From: Eledone cirrhosa
Lineage: Eukaryota
Reading direction: 5' to 3'
Length of the DNA stretch: 64,000 nt
NCBI GenBank assembly: GCA_964016885.1
Contig: OZ024746.1
Span: forward strand, 97,526,001-97,590,000
Each line of letters begins with the position of its first letter. Positions within the stretch are counted from its first letter, which is position 1. Shown piece after piece: positions 50,901-63,136 of the stretch. The notes beneath the pieces were generated by a model. It ran no database searches. It saw only the letters and a program-made list of their open reading frames with translations, and was not told the DNA's origin. Made by a program: the position numbers and the translations under genes.

Positions 50901-51589
50901 TTAATACAGTTTTTGGGGGGATGTTGATACTTATTTGTTTGCAATATTGAAAAAAAATGTCTTTATTCTAAAAATTATCCTCATACCTACAGCTGTTCCA
51001 TTTGAATTTAACAGGCTTCAGTTTCCAGTCAAACTAAGTTTTGTTATTTCAATTAACAAAGTATAAAGGACTAAATATATAGCCCAATGTTGAATAACAA
51101 CGTTTTGTGTAACTAAACAATGGAAATATTTAAAAGATAATTACATTCAAGCTTGACTTAATGATTTATCTATAATTATATTACAATAAATTATGATTAC
51201 TTTGCTAATTAATAAATCCATATTTGTTATTAATAATTGTTTCTACTTTTGGCACAAGGCCAGCAATTACTGAGTGCATTACTGGTACTTTAATTTATCA
51301 ACCCTGTAAGGATGAAAGTCAAAGTTAACCTCGGCGGGATTTGAACTCAGAATGGCAAGGGCCGTAACTCTATACGTCAAAGCATGGCATCTGACCCTCT
51401 ACCGATACTGCCAATCCAGAGTGACTGTTTACTTTGAAGATGCACCAAACTGACAGTAAAGAGAGGAATACACATATATAAAGAGCTCCGAATTTCGTCT
51501 TTGAGGTTATTCCATTATGAGGAAATATTGGGAGGTTTATATACACACAAACAGCGGACAACAGGGGCCACGTACCGTTCCTCTCCGAC

Positions 51590-52020
51590 AGACATAACAC
51601 ATTGCTGTCTTTTCTCATTAAACTCAGCCAAGTCCAATGCTGTGCAGGGGTGTTCCAACAGGGGGAATATCAGGAGGTGCTGTGTAGTTTGTGGTTTGAT
51701 GTCACAGTCACACAACATCCCTAACCTTTAAATATCCTCATTTTGCAAGAGTGATCTTTGCATGTCCAACACCCAATCTTAGTTTGTTTAGGCATTTCCA
51801 CACTGCATAGTTTGTATCTGCTCCAGGAGGCAGTGTATCTCTTGCCTTTAGCTCCATTCTTGTTATTGATGGGAGGTTGTTAAGTTTTTCTTCCCAGCTA
51901 GTGACTCTTTCACTACTTATGCTTGATGTTCCAAGGGGCATGACGCTCTTTAGGAAGCTTTTCCTGCATTTAAGGCAGCACATGTCCAAAGAGAGGATAT
52001 TTTTGATCTCTAGCCTATCT
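51590..52020 (-). mobile_element. Ingi/Vingi-like LINE C-terminal fragment
   Basis: LKCRKSF..LPPG..WKCLNKLRLGVG..K*G..CDC..QTTQHLL: RLRxG plus zinc-knuckle-type end. Confidence 0.6.
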
Positions 52021-52045
52021 GTTATATCTTAACAAAGATATAGCA

Positions 52046-54413
52046 CAGGGGTCTTCAACCCTCGGGCCGCGAAGGCCTTTATGCTGCCCGCGAGGGTTCT
52101 ATGGGAATTCGTAAATATCAAGATTTCATTTATCTCAAATGACACTCCAGAATTCAGCAGTATTTCGTTATTACCTATCCGTCCATTTTTACCAGATGCA
52201 CATGCGTGGACGCCAATGACCTTGACCCTATTGTTTGCGTATGTCGCAACACAGCTGCGCAGGTGTACGGCATCTTATTTTTGGTAAAATAAAACATCTA
52301 CAGCACATGCGCAGGCTTTCTAACATTCATATGTCAACGTGTTGTCTATAATCACTTTTCACTTGTGTTTTACACTCACAATCACAATCATTCATATATT
52401 TTGCCTTCCTTTCCAGGATCCTGCATCTCTTGACTTATAACAAAAAATGGAAAACAAGAAGAGGAAAGTGGATTTTGAGTCCCGAAATTTTAATCAAGAA
52501 TGGACACTTGACTACTTTTTCATAGAGCACCAAAGCAAATGTATTTGTTTGATTTGTCAAGAAACTGTTGCCGTGGAGAAAGTTTCCAATATCAAGCGGC
52601 ATTACGAAACTCGTCATAATCATTATAACAATTTCATTGGAGCGGCACGAGAAGAGGAAGTTGAACGTCTGAAAAGCTGTTTCACAAAACAAACATCATT
52701 TTTTACTATGAAGGTTAAAGAAACAGACAGGACTGCTCAAACTAGCTTTGAGGTCTCGAAAATAATAGCAGAGAGAATGAAACCATTTTCCGATGGGGAT
52801 TTTATTAAAGACTGTCTGTCCAGAAAAAATCAATCTCTTTTCTTCAATCAGCTTATCAGCTACAACCGTAACAAGGCAAATTGAAGAACTGACACAAAAT
52901 GTCAGAAATTTCCAAGGGGATATATTGAACAAACTTGAGTACTTCACAATTGCCATTGACAAAACAATCGATATGGCTGAATACCTCTCAGTTAGCTGTA
53001 TTTGTAAGGGGTGTTACACCAACGTTTGATATCGTTGAAGAATTCGTACAATTAATTCCCATGAAGGACACGACTTCAGGCGCCGATATTTTCATGAAAA
53101 TTATCCAATGGGCAAGCAAGAATAATAATGATTTATCAAAATTCATTGGTGTAACCATCGATGGAGCACCAGCGCTGATCGGGGTCAAAAAGGGGTTTGT
53201 TACGCTACTTCAAGAGCACATTGGACACCATCGCCAATTAATCAGACTCCATTACATTATCCATCAGGTCGCACTTTGTGCAAAGTCAGTGGAGTTCAAA
53301 GATATTATGACAGAGGTTGTGAAAATAGTTAATTTCATCCGTTCAAGAGGGCTTAAGCATCGCCAATTTCAGGAGTTCCTCAAACAGGTTGAAGCAGAAT
53401 ATGACGATTTAACTTATTTCTCAAATGCCCGATGGCTCAGCCATGGCAAAATGCTGCATAGAGTTTACATGTTGCGGGAAGACATTTTCCAATTTTTGGA
53501 GATAAAAGGACAAGATGCAAGACACTTTACCAATCAAAAGTGGATTGGTAAAGTAGCGTTTTTGGTCGACATGAGAAATTACTTGAATTCATTGAATCTT
53601 GAACTTCAAGGATAAAATAAGTTAATTTATGATATGTTCGGCCACGTCACAGCATTTGAACGTAAACTTCAATTGTGGTACTTGCAGTTACAGAAAGGTA
53701 ATTTCTGTCTCATTTTCTGAATCTCCAAAATCATACAGACGACATTACCAAGATATTTTTGTGAAGATCATTCAAGATTTGAGAAATGAGTTTTCTTCCC
53801 GATTTACTGACTTCCGACAGTATGAAACCCAATTGAAACTATTTGGTTCACCCTTTGAAACAGATGCGGAAATAGTCGAGGAAAAATATCAGTTAGACCT
53901 CATAGACTTATGATGGCTTCATTATTTGGAAGTACGTATTCCTGCGAACAACTATTTTCGAAGATGAAGTTCACGAAAAATCGATTGAGAACAAGATTAC
54001 GGGACAACCACTTGGATGATGTCTTGCTTCTGTCAACGACAACTATTTCACCTGATATTGAAAAATTGTCAAATAATAAACAGAAACAGATTTCTCATTA
54101 AAACTTTATTTTCCTTAATGGCTTTCATTATTCTGGAGAATTGGTGCTTTGCGTTATTCAATTTATTATTTTGTGGTATATCAGTATTAAAAAGGGTACA
54201 GTTTGCAATAAATTTGCACCCGATCTATTGATATTGCCGAATAAAACAATGTTTAAATGTATTTTTCTGGTTGGGACAGCTCTAAGTATCAATATTAATT
54301 TTGTTTCAAATCTAACATAAGGGATAAATAAATGATTACTTATTTGTATATAAGTAGTATTAATTGCGCATCCGGCTATCCGGACCGTGGACCCAAAAGG
54401 TTGGGGACCCCTG
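52046..54413 (+). mobile_element. full-length hAT transposon (Charlie/Buster/SPIN-like), 2368 bp
   Basis: TIRs caggggtcttcaacc / ggttggggacccctg (13/15); perfect TSD ATATAGCA at 52038-52045 and 54414-54421 with central TA. Confidence 0.95.
52447..54101 (+). pseudogene. disrupted hAT transposase (GTF2IRD2/SPIN-like)
   Basis: KKRKVD NLS-like; BED-like CLICQE..KRHYETRH; IDGAPA; H..IHQ..LC; RWLS; FGSTYSCEQLFSKMK; several frameshifts, a stop and an internal deletion. Confidence 0.92.
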
Positions 54414-54886
54414 ATATAGCAGATAGACACAGAAATGTCACATAATATTGGTTCCTGATTTAGGCACAAGGCCAGCAATTTGGTGGGGAGGAGAAAGTCA
54501 ATTAAATCGACATTACTGGTACTTTATTTTACCCAACCCATAAGGATGAAAGGCAAAACTAACCTCGGCAGGATTTGAACTCAGATAGTAAAGTGACGTA
54601 ACCCTATGCCATAAAGCATGTTGTCCAACACTCCACTGATACTGTTAGTCCAACACCCTTTCACATAATATTAATAAAGGAAAAATTTAGCTGCAGCTCT
54701 TGGATGGCTTACAACATGGAAATTAGTGTTTGATTATGAACAGTGTAATACATAAAACTGTCTCACACTTCCAAATTGTTACACATTGTAAAGAAGGGTA
54801 GATGATAGAAAAGGCATCCATCCTTAGAAGACATGCCAAACAAAGTGCCAAGAGGATTCTTTAGTTGTGTGAAAGACATAAACCCC

Positions 54887-55112
54887 TTAACCCTTTAGCA
54901 TTTACATTATTCTATATTTACTATTATATTTTCACAGTAAAGGCTTTACCTCATACAATTATCTCACATAATCTCGAATCTATGAGATTTTGATATTTAT
55001 TTTGAGAACAATACCTTAACATAAGTATAAACAACCAGTTACAGATGGTTTGAACAGAAAGGAGTGAGAGAATTTTGGCTGGATAAGGCCAGTTTAAATG
55101 TTAAATGGTTAA
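54887..55112 (+). mobile_element. TTAA-flanked (piggyBac-like) MITE, about 225 bp
   Basis: ttaa-ccctttagcattta ... taaatgttaaatgg-ttaa; other copies at about 39460-39680, 39805-39976, 46930-47360, 48597-48816, 49130-49474. Confidence 0.75.
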
Positions 55113-55369
55113 TCCTGAAACCAGCTCTCGGTCTAACATACATGGCTGTTTATTTCAAAATGTTTATATTTATGTAAAAACTTAAAATTTTATGCAAGAA
55201 CTATCTAAGTTAACTCTGCTAAGTTATGTTCCAACTATCAGCTAAGTATCAATTATTTGGATGTGAAACATACAAATACACAAAGTCTGATCACAAAAGA
55301 ACCAACCTCACACTGTTACTGTCTCTCACACTCCCCACCATCTTTCACTATTATGAGCAAATGGAGGCC

Positions 55370-55515
55370 CACATGCTGGCCGCCCCACGGTCCAGACGGA
55401 CAGAGTAGAGGAGGCATTTCCATAGAGGATGGTGAGGGAGACGCACTGGAAGAGCCATTCCAGCTCACGTGGCTCACACCTGTGGGTAGCCAACTCTGTA
55501 CCAATGGTGGTAAGC
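55370..55515 (-). mobile_element. CRE-like C-terminal fragment
   Basis: TTIGTELATHRCEPRELEWLFQCVSLTILYGNA; homologous to 30880-31020. Confidence 0.7.
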
Positions 55516-56389
55516 AGGGAACCTTATATTAGCTTAATATTGAAGAAGTTAGTTATTTTACTAAATCCCTCCAAATTCTTGATTATTTTCTAAATTATTT
55601 TATAATCATAGGCTGTGTATTTCATTAGAAACATTTTTTTATATGAAAAGAGTTAAAATACTTAGAAGAACCCTCTGTGCAATCATCCAACTAGCAAGAA
55701 ATAATAGCCAAATCTTCCTCAAACTACATTCTACCATCTTAAATAAACAACACATTGTGATAATATTTGCTAAGGTACACTATTGCTGAAAAGATGAAAA
55801 CATCAAAAATCAAATCAAAAGCCTTTGATCATTGCTCTGCTTAATCAATCTATTGGCTGCCATCTCTAATGAAGCACATACTTCCTCAAGCAATATCAAT
55901 ATTCGGTTGTCTTTCAACATAAAATTCACTTCCAGCCATATTCTTGCATCAACAAACAGAGAACTTCAGAAAACACTGCAATATTAAGGAATCAATGTAG
56001 CTTTCCTGAAAAACTCATACTCACACACAAATACTTCTCATATCATATCCTTAATACTATTTACATGTTTCTTATGAAACACATACTTCCTACAGAGGTT
56101 GCATCTTATATTATACATCTCTTTATGATTATATCAAAAAATGTTAGAACTAAGTAATACAATGATTGTATATCAGTTTCATGCTTGATACAGCTGAAAA
56201 TAGAGTCTAAAAGTTTCGGATGCTAGTCCTTTATCAAAAGAAAGGAGACAGAGGAGGGAATGTTTGAGAGAAAGAATATGAATGAGGATAGTCGAGAGTA
56301 AAAAGAAAATAAAGAAAATGTAGAAAGGAGAGAAAGCATGTGTTATTGCTAGTCAGCCATCAGAAGATAATTATATATATATATATATC

Positions 56390-58580
56390 AAGCATGTTTT
56401 GCAACGTGAGGACCAGAAACAGGAGGTGTTCAAGATTGCGAGGCAGTGTGTCAGAGAGAATTGTGATGTCATTGGAGTGAAGTGTATCCGAAATGATAAA
56501 GGTGAGCTTGCCGTCACAAGTGCTGAGAAGAAAGATGCATGGAAGAGCCATTATGATAGATTACTAAATGAGGAGAATGCATGGGAAGAAGAGACCCTAC
56601 CCCAAGTAGACCCTATAGAGGGGCCAGCAGTACAAGTCAGCAGCAGCGTAGTAAGTAAGGCAATCAAAGATATGAAGATAGGGAAGGCAACCGGTCCATC
56701 GGGGATAGCTGCCGAGATGCTGAAGGCATCTGGGTCTGTAGGTCACACTATAACCACACGTATTGTTAACCAGGTAATACTAGAAGGTGTCATACCAAAA
56801 GATTGGTACAGTAGCATCATTGTCAACTGCTACAAAGGTAAAGGTGATGCACTAGATAGAGGAAACTATAGAGGTATAAAGCTGATGGACCAGGTCATAA
56901 AAGTAACAGAAAGAGTTATAGCACAGTTGACTGGGTGAAACTAGATGAGATGCAATTTGGGTTTGTACCAGGAAGAGGCACTACTGATGCCCTCTTCCTT
57001 GTGAGGCAGTTACAGGAAACGTACCTAGCTAAAAGTAAGCCACTCTACCTGGCATTCGTCTATCTCGAGAAAGCCTTTGACAGAGTTCCACGTGCTATAA
57101 TCTGGTGGGCTCTTAGAAAACTAGGAGTAGATGAATGGCTTGTGAAAGCTGTACAAGCCATGTATAGGGGAGCAGTCAGCAAAGTTAGGATTAGCAATGA
57201 GTATAGCGAGGAATTTAGCGTACAGGTTGGTGTCCACCAGGGCTCTGTTCTTAGCCCTCTCCTGTTCATCATAGTCCTGCAGGCAATAACGGAGGAGTTT
57301 AAGACCGGATGCCCATGGGAACTCCTGTATGCAGATGACCTCGCACTTATAACCGAATCTATGGTAGAACTAGAGAAGAAATTCCAAACTTGGAAGCAGG
57401 GACTAGAAAGAAAGGGTCTCAAAGTCAACATGACAAAGACTAAAGTCCTTGTAAGTAGACGAGAAAACAGAACCCAGATCCCCTCAGGGAAATGGCCTTG
57501 CTCAGTATGTAGGAAAGGTGTAGGTAGGAACTCCATTCTCTGCCCCAAATGCAAACAATGGGTACACAAGAGATGTAGCGGGATCTCAGGAGGCTTAATT
57601 AAGAATGTAGGCTTCACATGTAGCAGCTGTGCTGGGACAGCAAGCAGCAAACAGCCACAGGAAACAAGTACCACCAATCTCTGGGAGGGCTCTGTGGAAA
57701 CAGTAGACAGCTTCTGCTACCTAGGTGACCAAATTAGCAGTGGAGATGGGTGTTCAGAAAGTACAATAACTAGGGTAAGAACGGGATGGAAGGAGTTCAG
57801 GGAACTACTGCCACTGCTAGCTGCAAAAGGCTTTTCCCTCAAAATGAAAGGCAGACTGTATGATGCATGTATCCGAACAGCAATGTTACATGGTAGTGAG
57901 ACCTGGGCGCTGAAGGTGGAAGACTTACGTAGATTAGAAAGAAATGAAGCCTGGATGTGTAATAGTAATATACGCGAACGGCAAAGCATAAATGAATTGA
58001 GAGAGAAGCTGCGCATAAGAGGAATCAAATGCTGTGTGCAGTAGAGGCGGTTGCGTTGGTATGGACATGTGATGCGTATGAAGGGTGACAGCTGCATAAA
58101 AAGGTGCAGAGCACTAGAAGTCAATGGAAACCGCGGAGTGGGGAGACCCAAGAAGACCTGGGATGAGGTGATAAAAGCCGACCTTACCCAATTACACCTC
58201 TCAAAGGCGATGACACACGACTGTGACCTCTGGCGGCACGCAGTAATACAGAGTACCCGACCTCCCATGGGTACAAGCTGAAGCATATAGACAATATGCC
58301 CCACACCCTCTCACTGCAAAGTGGTCGTGGAGGTGCCACGGCAAAAAAGCACCCAGCCCACACTGTAAAGTGGACGTGCAGGCGCCACGGAAAAAAGCAC
58401 CCAGCACTCACTGTAAATGAGGTTGGTGTTAGGAAGGGCATCCAGCTGTAGAAATCAAGCCAAAATCAGTTCCTGTATGAGCAAGGCATGGTCAGCCGAC
58501 CAGACACTGCCCACAACAGTACAACCCGTCTAACCCATGCTAGCATGGAACAACGGACGTAAAACGGTGATGATGATGAT
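56390..58580 (+). mobile_element. 5'-truncated RTE LINE subfamily A, about 2.2 kb, with 3' UTR and (GAT)n tail
   Basis: ORFs 56399-56938, 56935-58044 and 58051-58281 form one broken RT-PHD-C-terminal ORF (QFGF, KAFD, QGSVLSP, LYADD); frameshift near 56935, stop at 58042-58044. Confidence 0.96.
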
Positions 58581-58635
58581 ATATATATATGTACAATATA
58601 TTAATAAATGGAAACTATATTTATAAAACCATATT

Positions 58636-58703
58636 TATTTTATTATATATATATTTCAAGGGCAACCAAGGCAAATTATGATGCGCTTTCATCAGATAAA
58701 ATA
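58636..58703 (-). ncRNA. minimal type I hammerhead ribozyme motif
   Basis: Mirror copy of 58782-58847 on the opposite strand. Confidence 0.7.
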
Positions 58704-58781
58704 CAGATTTGTTTTATAAATAAATATTGACGTACCCAGAAAAAAAGACAACCTTAACGGTTGGAGCTTCCTAAAAATCTG

Positions 58782-58847
58782 TATTTTATCTGATGAAAGC
58801 GCACCATAATTTGCCTTGGTTGCCCTTGAAATATATATAATAAAATA
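58782..58847 (+). ncRNA. minimal type I hammerhead ribozyme motif
   Basis: Stem I tattttat/ataaaata (8 bp); CUGAUGA at 58790-58796; stem II aag/ctt extended; GAA; palindromic stem III atatatat; AUA triplet with predicted cleavage after 58839. Confidence 0.75.
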
Positions 58848-59444
58848 AATATGGTTTTATAAATATAGTTTCCATTTATTAATATATTGTGTATTTACTC
58901 CACTAATGTGTTGAGTGCTTTATATCAGTTATAAACATTTTAAGCTTGTTGAATCCCAACAAATTAAATATAACCTCTGCATATATATAAGGATCATTTT
59001 ACGTCCGCTTTTCCCTGCTTGCAAGGGTGGGACGGAAACTGATTCTGGCTTGATTTCTACAGCTGGATGCCCTTCCTAACACCAACCTCATTTACAGTGA
59101 GTGCTGGGTGCTTTTTTGCTGTTGCACCTACACGACCACTTTGCAGTGGAATGATAGGGACCCCAGTCCCTATCATCTCATTTCTACAGCTGAGTAAACT
59201 GGAGCAATTTGAAATAAAGTGTCTTGCTCAAGGAAACAACACATCACCCAGTCTGAGAATTGAACTCACAACCTTTCGATTGCAAGGCCAATTAAGCCAT
59301 GTGCCTCCATATATATATATATATATGATTATATATCAGTGACAACTCAAACACCACATATTCTGAATCATATCAATGAGCTAAACACCCTAATAACTAT
59401 GGTACATGCCTTCACTATATGTTGATTGCTACTTCTTGTCAGAA

Positions 59445-59978
59445 GAGTGCCATCCCTTCATTGAACATTGCACGATTATGAGCATGTAGGTGACTTTTCA
59501 GACACACTTTTTTTTTTTTTTTTTTTGCAGGTACATTCACAGATGCGACACTGGAACTGTCTGTCTCCTGGTAATACTGGCTGGGGTGTGTTTTCATGCA
59601 TTTTACCATGTCTGGTCAGTCCACTCACTGACTTACAAATTAAGCCACACTCACTGCAAATGTATCGTGGAGTTTATGGCAGTAGAATTATCTGAAAGGA
59701 GGCTCGATTTCTCCCTGGCTCGTGTGACTTCAGATGGTTAACAAAACCAACTCATGTTAGAAGAAATCGGCCACATACACTGCACGTCAATTCCTGCTGA
59801 ATTTTTGTAGACATTGCACTTGAGTCCCACTTACAAAGTGAACACTTTGAAACAGCATGCTCCACTTGCTTTTTATCAAAGACATCACATCCTATTTGAT
59901 GATCTTTCTACATGATGTACAGCCTTCAGCCAGTCTTTCCCAGTTCTCCATATCAATCTTTCGAGCCTCAAGATAAGT
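59445..59978 (-). mobile_element. RTE-like 3' fragment ending in three C2H2 zinc fingers
   Basis: IDMENWERLAE..RKII/GCDVFD..CSVCGRFLLT*VGFVNHLKSH..CSECGLICKSVSGLTRHGKMH..CRICECTCK(A-run)VCLKSHLHAH. Confidence 0.78.
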
Positions 59979-60300
59979 TTCACTATATACACACATACAT
60001 ATATTTATATGCACCTGAGAAGCTGCCACTTTCTGTCTAATGAATTTCACTCACAAAGTATATGTTACAACTGTTGTCTTATCAGAAACAAGTCACAGCA
60101 TCTGGTCATAAAGGAATAAAGCTGTGCATATGAGTGAATGTGTATGTGCATGTGTATATACACTATATGCATGACAAAACAACGTTGTCTCTGATCAAGA
60201 CGAAGCGAGAGTGTATCTGAATACATATGAAAACAAGAAAACTCATCACTAGAACAACCATTAAAATAACTAAATGCTGTCAAAGAAAGCAATTGGATAA

Positions 60301-60945
60301 AATGCCTCAGAGGACAGAGACCGGTGGTCAGTGGTCAACAGAGAGACAATCCACAAGGTGGGTGACAGGTAGATGATATATAATGTCTCAGAGGACAGAG
60401 ACCGGTGGTCAGTGGTCAACAGAGAGACAATCCACAAGGTGGGTGACAGGTAGATGATATATAATGTCTCAGAGGACAGAGACCGGTGGCCAGTGGTCAA
60501 CAGAGAGACAATCCACAAGGTGGGTGACAGGTAGATGATATATAATGTCTCAGAGGACAGAGACCGGTGGTCAGTGGTCAACAGAGAGACAATCCACAAG
60601 GTGGGTGACAGGTAGATGATATATAATGTCTCAGAGGACAGAGACCGGTGGTCAGTGGTCAACAGAGAGACAATCCACAAGGTGGGTGACAGGTAGATGA
60701 TATATAATGTCTCAGAGGACAGAGACCGGTGGCCAGTGGTCAACAGAGAGACAATCCACAAGGTGGGTGACAGGTAGATGATATATAATGTCTCAGAGGA
60801 CAGAGACCGGTGGTCAGTGGTCAACAGAGAGACAATCCACAAGGTGGGTGACAGGTAGATGATATATAATGTCTCAGAGGACAGAGACCGGTGGCCAGTG
60901 GTCAACAGAGAGACAATCCACAAGGTGGGTGACAGGCAGATGAAA
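60301..60945. repeat. 81-bp tandem array x8 within a dispersed LINE-like 3' end
   Basis: Units at 60301+81n; the plus frame of the unit includes SEDRDRW; unamplified homologue of the upstream flank and unit start at 63690-63835. Confidence 0.93.
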
Positions 60946-62489
60946 TAGGAGGACAAGGAGAAGGACATCTGTTTTAATTGCTGTTCTAGTGAGTTTTCTC
61001 ATTTTTATATGTACTACATAAATATATTTATCTCCATATGACAGGCTTCCACACAGTCTCTGTCTAACAAATTTCATTCACATAGTATTTGTCAAAACCA
61101 AGATAATGCACAGCCAAATCAAACTTTGATCCACAAGTTTGCAAAGCAAACTTCTAAACCTCTTAACCAAACACCTGTACCCTATGTTAAATGGAACTTC
61201 TTAACCCTGTACCCAGGATTGGATGTAGACCTTGGGGAGTCTGGGACACTTTAAGTTTGGGGGGTCCCTCATACACAAAGAATTAGAATACACAGCAAAC
61301 CCCTCAAGTTTACATATCAAAGTTAGCTTGGTACAAGTGATTGGTATTGAAAAGTTATACATACAGGTGTTAAATTCGAAAATTATAACCATCCTAAAAC
61401 TAAAAAGCCCAGCTGAGGGCACAAATAAATTGCTATTGCCGTCGATTCTGGAGCCCTCATTGCAGGGGGCCTGAGGCAATTGCCTCCTTTGATCCATATT
61501 AAATCCGGCCATGCATGTACCCTATGTAGGTTGTAAAAAATTAAAAGAACAAGTAATAGTATAAAAGTACCTGAAATTACAAAAAGATATCAATTTCTTA
61601 ATAAGATTTCGTGCAAGTGTTTGGATTTTTATATAAATCATTTGTTGTTAGTAAACAAAAAATATTTTCTAACCAGAAAACACCATTCAAAAACTGTCAA
61701 ATAATGATATTAAGATATATATAGAAAGAAAAAGCTGACTGCAATTCTGACACAGATTTTAATGGATTAAATGTCTGCTGATGACAAATTAGCTAATAAC
61801 AATATTTTAAATTGTGATCATGATCATCATAATCTTTTTACATTTGTTTTCCATCACTGGAATGGATCATGACTATCTGAGACAAGTTTGATTGGTATGC
61901 AAATCTTGCTCAAATGTTCCATATTTTGGCATAGGTTTTATCCCAGGATGTTCATCTGAATGTCATCAACCACTTTACAGAATGTACTAGGTGCAGTTTA
62001 TAATGGCATCAGCTCTGCCATTTTACCAAGTAGAATGGGTGCATTTTCTTTGTGAAGAAATTCCCAATAGCTTCATGCTCTATGGTGGTCCCCTCATACA
62101 CAAAGAATTTGAATTCAAAGCACACCCCAACAAATTTTACATATCAATGTTAACATGGCGCAAGTAACTGGAATTGAAAAGTAATACATACAGGTATTAA
62201 ATTCATAATTTCTAAACATCCTGAAACTAGAAAGCGCAGCTGAGGGCACAAATATATTTCTACGGCCATTGTTGGTGGGATTCCTCACACACACACACTG
62301 TAGGGGGCTTGGGGCAATTGCTCCCTTTGTTCCCCATTAAACCTAGCCCTGACAATAGACCATGTAGAGGTTCCTTCTCTGTCATTGAAGATAGAAGTGG
62401 AATGTAACAAAGTGCGCCCATTATATATATGAAAATGTAAAATTCCACAACAACAAGAGTAAACACTAGGATTAATTACTTGCTATATA

Positions 62490-63136
62490 ATCAGGCCTTG
62501 GTCTCCGGTCTCACTGGCTTTGCCAGCATTTCTTTCATTGGTAACCTCTTGCTGTGTGCTCATCTACAGGATTCTCCACAACACAACAGAACCCACTGTG
62601 ATTGAGGAATGTGAGGCTGCCTGCAAGACTTGAAACCAGTTCGGAATCCACCCAGTAGATGTCCCTCCTCCTCTTCTACCTGTAGACATTAAATACCCAC
62701 CCCACTTCCTCACAGTATATGGGATGCAATCCAGTGCGACATGGCCTCGGACAGGCTAGTATGCCAGCTCGAACAGCACCGCCTCTCATGTTTTCACTCA
62801 GCCACGCAACCCCACAGCAGTGCCTGGCTCAATGCCTTATCCTACTTTTCAACTGGCACACAGCTGGATAAGGATAGCCTGGGAATCGGGGTTTCCCTGA
62901 GGCTTGTCCTCCAGATCTGCAAGCCACATAAATGCCACTGCAGATCTACCGTAGACTCTTTCAGCCTCCATCTGCTGTCCTCTCGTGACAGTGCCGGTCC
63001 CCTTCCACACCATGCTGCTCTCAACGAGGTCATAAACACATGGCTTGGATGCTGTAGGCTACCCACCCCCCAGCTCAAGCCAGTGGGGCTGGACCAAAGA
63101 GACAGCAAAAGGCCAGATGGCATAACAATATTATAG
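62490..63136 (+). mobile_element. CRE-clade LINE fragment (zinc-knuckle + RLE start)
   Basis: GLGLRS/LALPAF..SAWLNAL..SLRL..ICKPHKCHC..VD..LHLLS..SAG..HAALNEVI..KPVGLDQRDSKRPDGIT. Confidence 0.82.

Larger units (their letters stand above)
58593..58890. repeat. about 117-bp inverted repeat (Penelope-like inverted pseudo-LTR)
   Basis: Arms 58593-58710 and 58775-58890 nearly identical; 64-bp spacer; left arm plus spacer homologous to 19236-19420. Confidence 0.9.

Noticed and set aside
52447-54101. Domesticated GTF2IRD2/ZBED-like host gene
   Set aside because: Flanked by TIRs and a TSD and broken by several frameshifts.
59508-59536. Plus-strand (T)19-gcag|gtac as a recursive splice site
   Set aside because: The T-run is an expanded A-run inside the third zinc finger of the minus-strand LINE fragment.
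60270-60968. 232-aa repeat protein ORF on the minus strand
   Set aside because: Product of an 81-bp stop-free tandem unit, antisense to a LINE-like end.
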